Shown here piece after piece: positions 55,936 through 59,517 of a stretch of 59,517 bases of DNA; the stretch's first letter is position 1; each line of letters opens with the position of its first letter. Source of the stretch: an uncultured virus (IMG/VR IMGVR_UViG_3300045961_000160) (taxonomy: Duplodnaviria; Heunggongvirae; Uroviricota; Caudoviricetes); IMG/VR virus record IMGVR_UViG_3300045961_000160; one strand, written 5' to 3'. A program made the position numbers and the translations under genes. Below the pieces are notes generated by a model. That model was not told the origin of the DNA and did not search any database. It saw nothing but the letters and a program-made list of their open reading frames with translations.

Positions 55936-57924
55936 ATGGCAAAAGCATATGTATATGACTATGAAACTGTAGTCAATTGTTTTTTAGCAGTGTTCATTAA
56001 TGTGAAAGATCCTAATGACATTATCTCATTTGAGATTAGTGATTATGAAAATCAATTAAAAGAATACATTCAGTTTCTAAATGAGTGTCTAAAAAACAAA
56101 ACAATGCTTGTATCATACAATGGTTTAAAGTTTGACAATCAAATCTCCAGATTTATTCTATTACAAAAATCAGAATATTATCAAATGACTGGAGGTGCCA
56201 TAGCTGCAGATATTTCTAAAACCGCACAAGAAATTATCAGAAGAAGTAACTCCAAAGAATTCCCATTACTTCATCCTAAAGATAATCGGTTTAGAGAATG
56301 TGATATTCTTGCTATCAATAACTATGATAACCCAGCTAAGAGATGTAGTCTTAAATGGCTCCAATACAGCATGGATTGGCATAATGTTGAAGACATGAGT
56401 ACACGGTTTTCAAAACCACATAATCAGAAAGAAATACTAATGCTGTTTAAGTATTGTATCAATGACTGCTTATCAACCAGAGAATTATTCTTCAGGAATA
56501 AAGCTGAAATTCTTTTGCGGGGAAATTTATCCAAGCACTTTAAATTAGATTTATCAAATGCCTCAGAGCCAAAACTTGCCAAAAGTATTTTCTTAAAATT
56601 ACTTTCTGAAAAATTAAATATCCCTCAGTATGACTTAAAGAAAATGAAGACATACAGAAAGGTAATTGATTTGAATGAAGTAATTCTACCATACATTAAG
56701 TTTCAAACACCAGAACTTAAAGCTACACTAAGCAAGTTCAAGAAACTTAAACTGGATGGAGAAAATTTAAAAGGCTCATTTAAACATGAAGTTACATACA
56801 GAGGATTGACACTATCTTTTGCTTTAGGAGGAATCCATGGCGCAAAGAAAGGGATCTATAAGTCTGATAAAAACTTCATCATTAAATCATTTGACGTAAC
56901 ATCATTTTACCCTAACCTTTCAATTAGAAATAAATGGGCCCCGGCTCACATCAACAAAGAAGCATTCTGTGAAATTTATGAAAGCTTCTTTGAAGATAGA
57001 AAGAAGTACAGCAAAAAAGATCCACTAAATTATGTGTATAAAATTTTGCTGAACTCAACGTATGGTCTATCAAATGAAGACAACTCTTTCCTAAAGGACA
57101 GCATGTTTACAATGCGGATTACCTGTAATGGTCAATTGCTATTAGTAATGTTGATGGAAGAGTTGTGTGAAGCAATACCAGGTGCACGTCCAGTAATGGT
57201 AAATACAGATGGTGGTGAGATTATTATTCCTAGGGAGTATGAAAAAATCTATCATGACATCTGTACCAAATGGGAAGAACTTACAAAACTACAACTAGAG
57301 TTTGAAGTGTATGATAAGCTAATCATTCCTGATGTAAACAATTACATTGGCATATTTGCTGGTAAAGAAATTGCAAAGGAAGATGCTTATCACTTAATGA
57401 AAACTGAGTTCCCTAGACCGTTAATTAAAAAGAACAGCAAGGGTCAATACTTTTTACACAAGACAAAAAGTAAAGGTAGGTTTGAAGTAGATAAACCGCT
57501 GCATAAAAACAAAAGTTTTAGAATTAAGAGGTTGGCTTATTACAACTATTTTGTCCACGGACAATCTCCAGAAAAAACAATTGCCGAGTCTAAAAACATT
57601 TATGACTATTGCGCAGGTGTAAGAGCAGTAGGTGGATTCTCATTTGATTTTAGTTGCTATTCAGATGGTGCCATGAAAAGCGATGCATTGCAAAAAACCA
57701 TACGCTATTTTATGTCTAAAAAGGGTTGTAAGATCCTCAAGGTAAAAGATACCAAAGTCATTAAAGTTGAAGCATCAAAAAGCTTAGAAAGGATTATGAA
57801 TAAATATGATCCTACTATTCCATTTGAAGCATATGAAATTGATACACAGTATTATCTTCAACAAATCAAAAAAGAGATCAATAATATTGATCCAATTGTA
57901 GTACAAGCAAAATTAAATTTATGA
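55936..57924 (+). CDS. polB: Family B DNA polymerase with 3'-5' exonuclease
   Basis: Exo DYET, YNG..FD, YCIND; pol DVTSFYPN, KILLNSTYG, NTDG. Confidence 0.9.
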   Translation: MAKAYVYDYETVVNCFLAVFINVKDPNDIISFEISDYENQLKEYIQFLNECLKNKTMLVSYNGLKFDNQISRFILLQKSEYYQMTGGAIAADISKTAQEIIRRSNSKEFPLLHPKDNRFRECDILAINNYDNPAKRCSLKWLQYSMDWHNVEDMSTRFSKPHNQKEILMLFKYCINDCLSTRELFFRNKAEILLRGNLSKHFKLDLSNASEPKLAKSIFLKLLSEKLNIPQYDLKKMKTYRKVIDLNEVILPYIKFQTPELKATLSKFKKLKLDGENLKGSFKHEVTYRGLTLSFALGGIHGAKKGIYKSDKNFIIKSFDVTSFYPNLSIRNKWAPAHINKEAFCEIYESFFEDRKKYSKKDPLNYVYKILLNSTYGLSNEDNSFLKDSMFTMRITCNGQLLLVMLMEELCEAIPGARPVMVNTDGGEIIIPREYEKIYHDICTKWEELTKLQLEFEVYDKLIIPDVNNYIGIFAGKEIAKEDAYHLMKTEFPRPLIKKNSKGQYFLHKTKSKGRFEVDKPLHKNKSFRIKRLAYYNYFVHGQSPEKTIAESKNIYDYCAGVRAVGGFSFDFSCYSDGAMKSDALQKTIRYFMSKKGCKILKVKDTKVIKVEASKSLERIMNKYDPTIPFEAYEIDTQYYLQQIKKEINNIDPIVVQAKLNL

Positions 57925-59453
57925 CATCAAAAACTCAAACAGAACAGTATTTAAGAAATGTTGCTTTACCAGAACAAACAAATTCATATACAGTAATTTC
58001 ACATGGTGTAATTATTGACACTGTAAGACAAATGCTTACAGACAACGGCTTTACTATTAAAGAAGAGCTATATAAAGGAGAGGCAAATGGAAACATTGCT
58101 TTAGGTTTCATGCAGCTGGAAAACAGTTTGGATCCAGACATGAGCATGACATTTAACTGGGCTAACAGTTACAACAAACAAGTTAGATTCAGTTGTGCAA
58201 TTGGAGGTTTCATTTATGACAACAGCACACCATTTGTTTCTGGTACCAGTCAAGGTAAGTGGAATCGCAAACACACTGGTACTGCATTAGATGAAACTAA
58301 AGAAGTGATTGAAGCAATGATTGTTTCTGCACATGATCACTTTGCTGAAATCATTGCAATGAAAGAACAATTCAAATCAATTAAGCTTTCTCGCAAAGAG
58401 TATGCAAAATTGAGCGGGTTGTTTTATTTTGACAAAGCTTTAATTTCTCCAGAACAAGCATCTATTCTTAAAAGAGAATATGATAACTCATCATTTGATT
58501 ATTCTGACAAAGGAACATTGTGGGAGTATTACAAGATGCTGATGTTTGCAGTAGTAGATCAATCTCCTAAAGCTTGGTACAAACAACAAGCTGAGATTAG
58601 TAACTACATCAACATTATGTACAATATCTCTAAAACACTGGTGGCTCCAGGTGAAGCTAATTTAAATTCAATGCATTTTGCAGAACAAGAAGCAAATGTA
58701 TCTGATATTAGTTTTGAACCTAATGTTTCAGCACAACATCCGGTAACACCTGAAGATGCTCATGATACTGCAGTAACAGAAGATCCAATGAAAAACATTG
58801 ATAAACTCATTGATGCTCAAAATCTAATCAAAGAACCAATGAGAGGTCCTGTAGAAGAGATGACTAAGGAAGTTGAGGTTACTGAAGAAGAAGACACATT
58901 CAACTGGGATATTTCTGCAACTGAAGAAGTTGAACTTACGGATGCTAGTCCAGAGTTTGAAGAGGTTATTCCTACAGAACAAAAGACTATTGATCTATCA
59001 GACATAGAAGGAGAATACTCACTTGATGAACTACCTACTGTAATAGAAACCATTGAGAAAAGAATTGAAGAAGCAAAGGCTCCTGTAATGTCCGAAGAGC
59101 AAATTGAAATGGTCAAAGAAGAACATGGTATCATCGAAACAGGAGAGCCAGACCAAGAAATGGTAGGTGCTCAAATAATAGAAGAAGATTCAGAAATTGA
59201 AGCCATGTTTGAAATGATTGAGGATGAAGTAGAAGAAGTGGAAGAAGAAACTCCATGGTACACAGGAGAAGAACCAACACAACAAGATACTTCAGTATCA
59301 CCAACCATCATACCTGCAAGCATGCGTGAAGCAGTAGCAGACATCTTGGAAAACTCATACGGTAATAAACGTCAAGTTGTTGATTCAGTAGAAGACACTG
59401 ACTCAGTAATGTTTATTCTTGATAGCCAGGAGTTTTTCCATGTAGACAAGTAA
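57921..59453 (+). CDS. DUF932-like protein with long acidic extension
   Basis: YTVISH, NSYNK, KHTG, TLWEYY motifs in the first ~235 aa; following ~230 aa very E/D-rich. Confidence 0.65.
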   Translation: MTSKTQTEQYLRNVALPEQTNSYTVISHGVIIDTVRQMLTDNGFTIKEELYKGEANGNIALGFMQLENSLDPDMSMTFNWANSYNKQVRFSCAIGGFIYDNSTPFVSGTSQGKWNRKHTGTALDETKEVIEAMIVSAHDHFAEIIAMKEQFKSIKLSRKEYAKLSGLFYFDKALISPEQASILKREYDNSSFDYSDKGTLWEYYKMLMFAVVDQSPKAWYKQQAEISNYINIMYNISKTLVAPGEANLNSMHFAEQEANVSDISFEPNVSAQHPVTPEDAHDTAVTEDPMKNIDKLIDAQNLIKEPMRGPVEEMTKEVEVTEEEDTFNWDISATEEVELTDASPEFEEVIPTEQKTIDLSDIEGEYSLDELPTVIETIEKRIEEAKAPVMSEEQIEMVKEEHGIIETGEPDQEMVGAQIIEEDSEIEAMFEMIEDEVEEVEEETPWYTGEEPTQQDTSVSPTIIPASMREAVADILENSYGNKRQVVDSVEDTDSVMFILDSQEFFHVDK

Positions 59454-59467
59454 TCAAACAGATAGTA

Positions 59468-59497
59468 GCCTCCTCCCCGGAAAGGGAGGGGGTTTTT
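59468..59497 (+). terminator. Intrinsic terminator
   Basis: cctcctccc...gggaggggg hairpin + T5. Confidence 0.75.
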
Positions 59498-59517
59498 ACT
59501 ATCATCATATCATCAAC

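Noticed and set aside
249..59453. Stop-codon reassignment (TAG/TGA) as in some gut crAss-like phages
   Set aside because: Core genes are full length in the standard code, TAG and TGA end genes normally, and no suppressor tRNA was seen
1..59517. Prophage or integrase signatures
   Set aside because: No integrase, repressor switch or flanking bacterial housekeeping genes seen in the window

Overview
About 59.5 kb of an AT-rich Bacteroidota (probably Flavobacteriales) phage genome of the crAss-like/Crassvirales type, read in the standard genetic code. The left arm (1-26.3 kb, minus strand) carries portal, terminase large subunit, a PD-(D/E)XK nuclease, an IHF-like protein, a lysis cassette, tail/collagen fibre genes, a glyco-enzyme fusion, GroES, a cluster of putative anti-defence sponge proteins and a RepL-like pair. 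A GC-rich non-coding strand-switch region lies at about 26.3-27.0 kb. The right arm (plus strand) has small early genes, a 1.25 kb array of structured non-coding RNAs including two tRNA-like elements with oversized anticodon arms, then ThyX, SF2 helicase, ClpS, a degenerate UDG, DnaB, a Sak4-like ATPase, SSB, primase, a VWA/MoxR pair, an exonuclease, PolB and a DUF932-like protein. The best leads are: (1) a shared S-x-D-x-E helical tag on six unrelated proteins, one encoded in the MoxR/VWA operon; (2) the ncRNA array; (3) the sponge cluster; (4) the catalytically eroded UDG. All family assignments come from motif recognition by eye; no searches were run.
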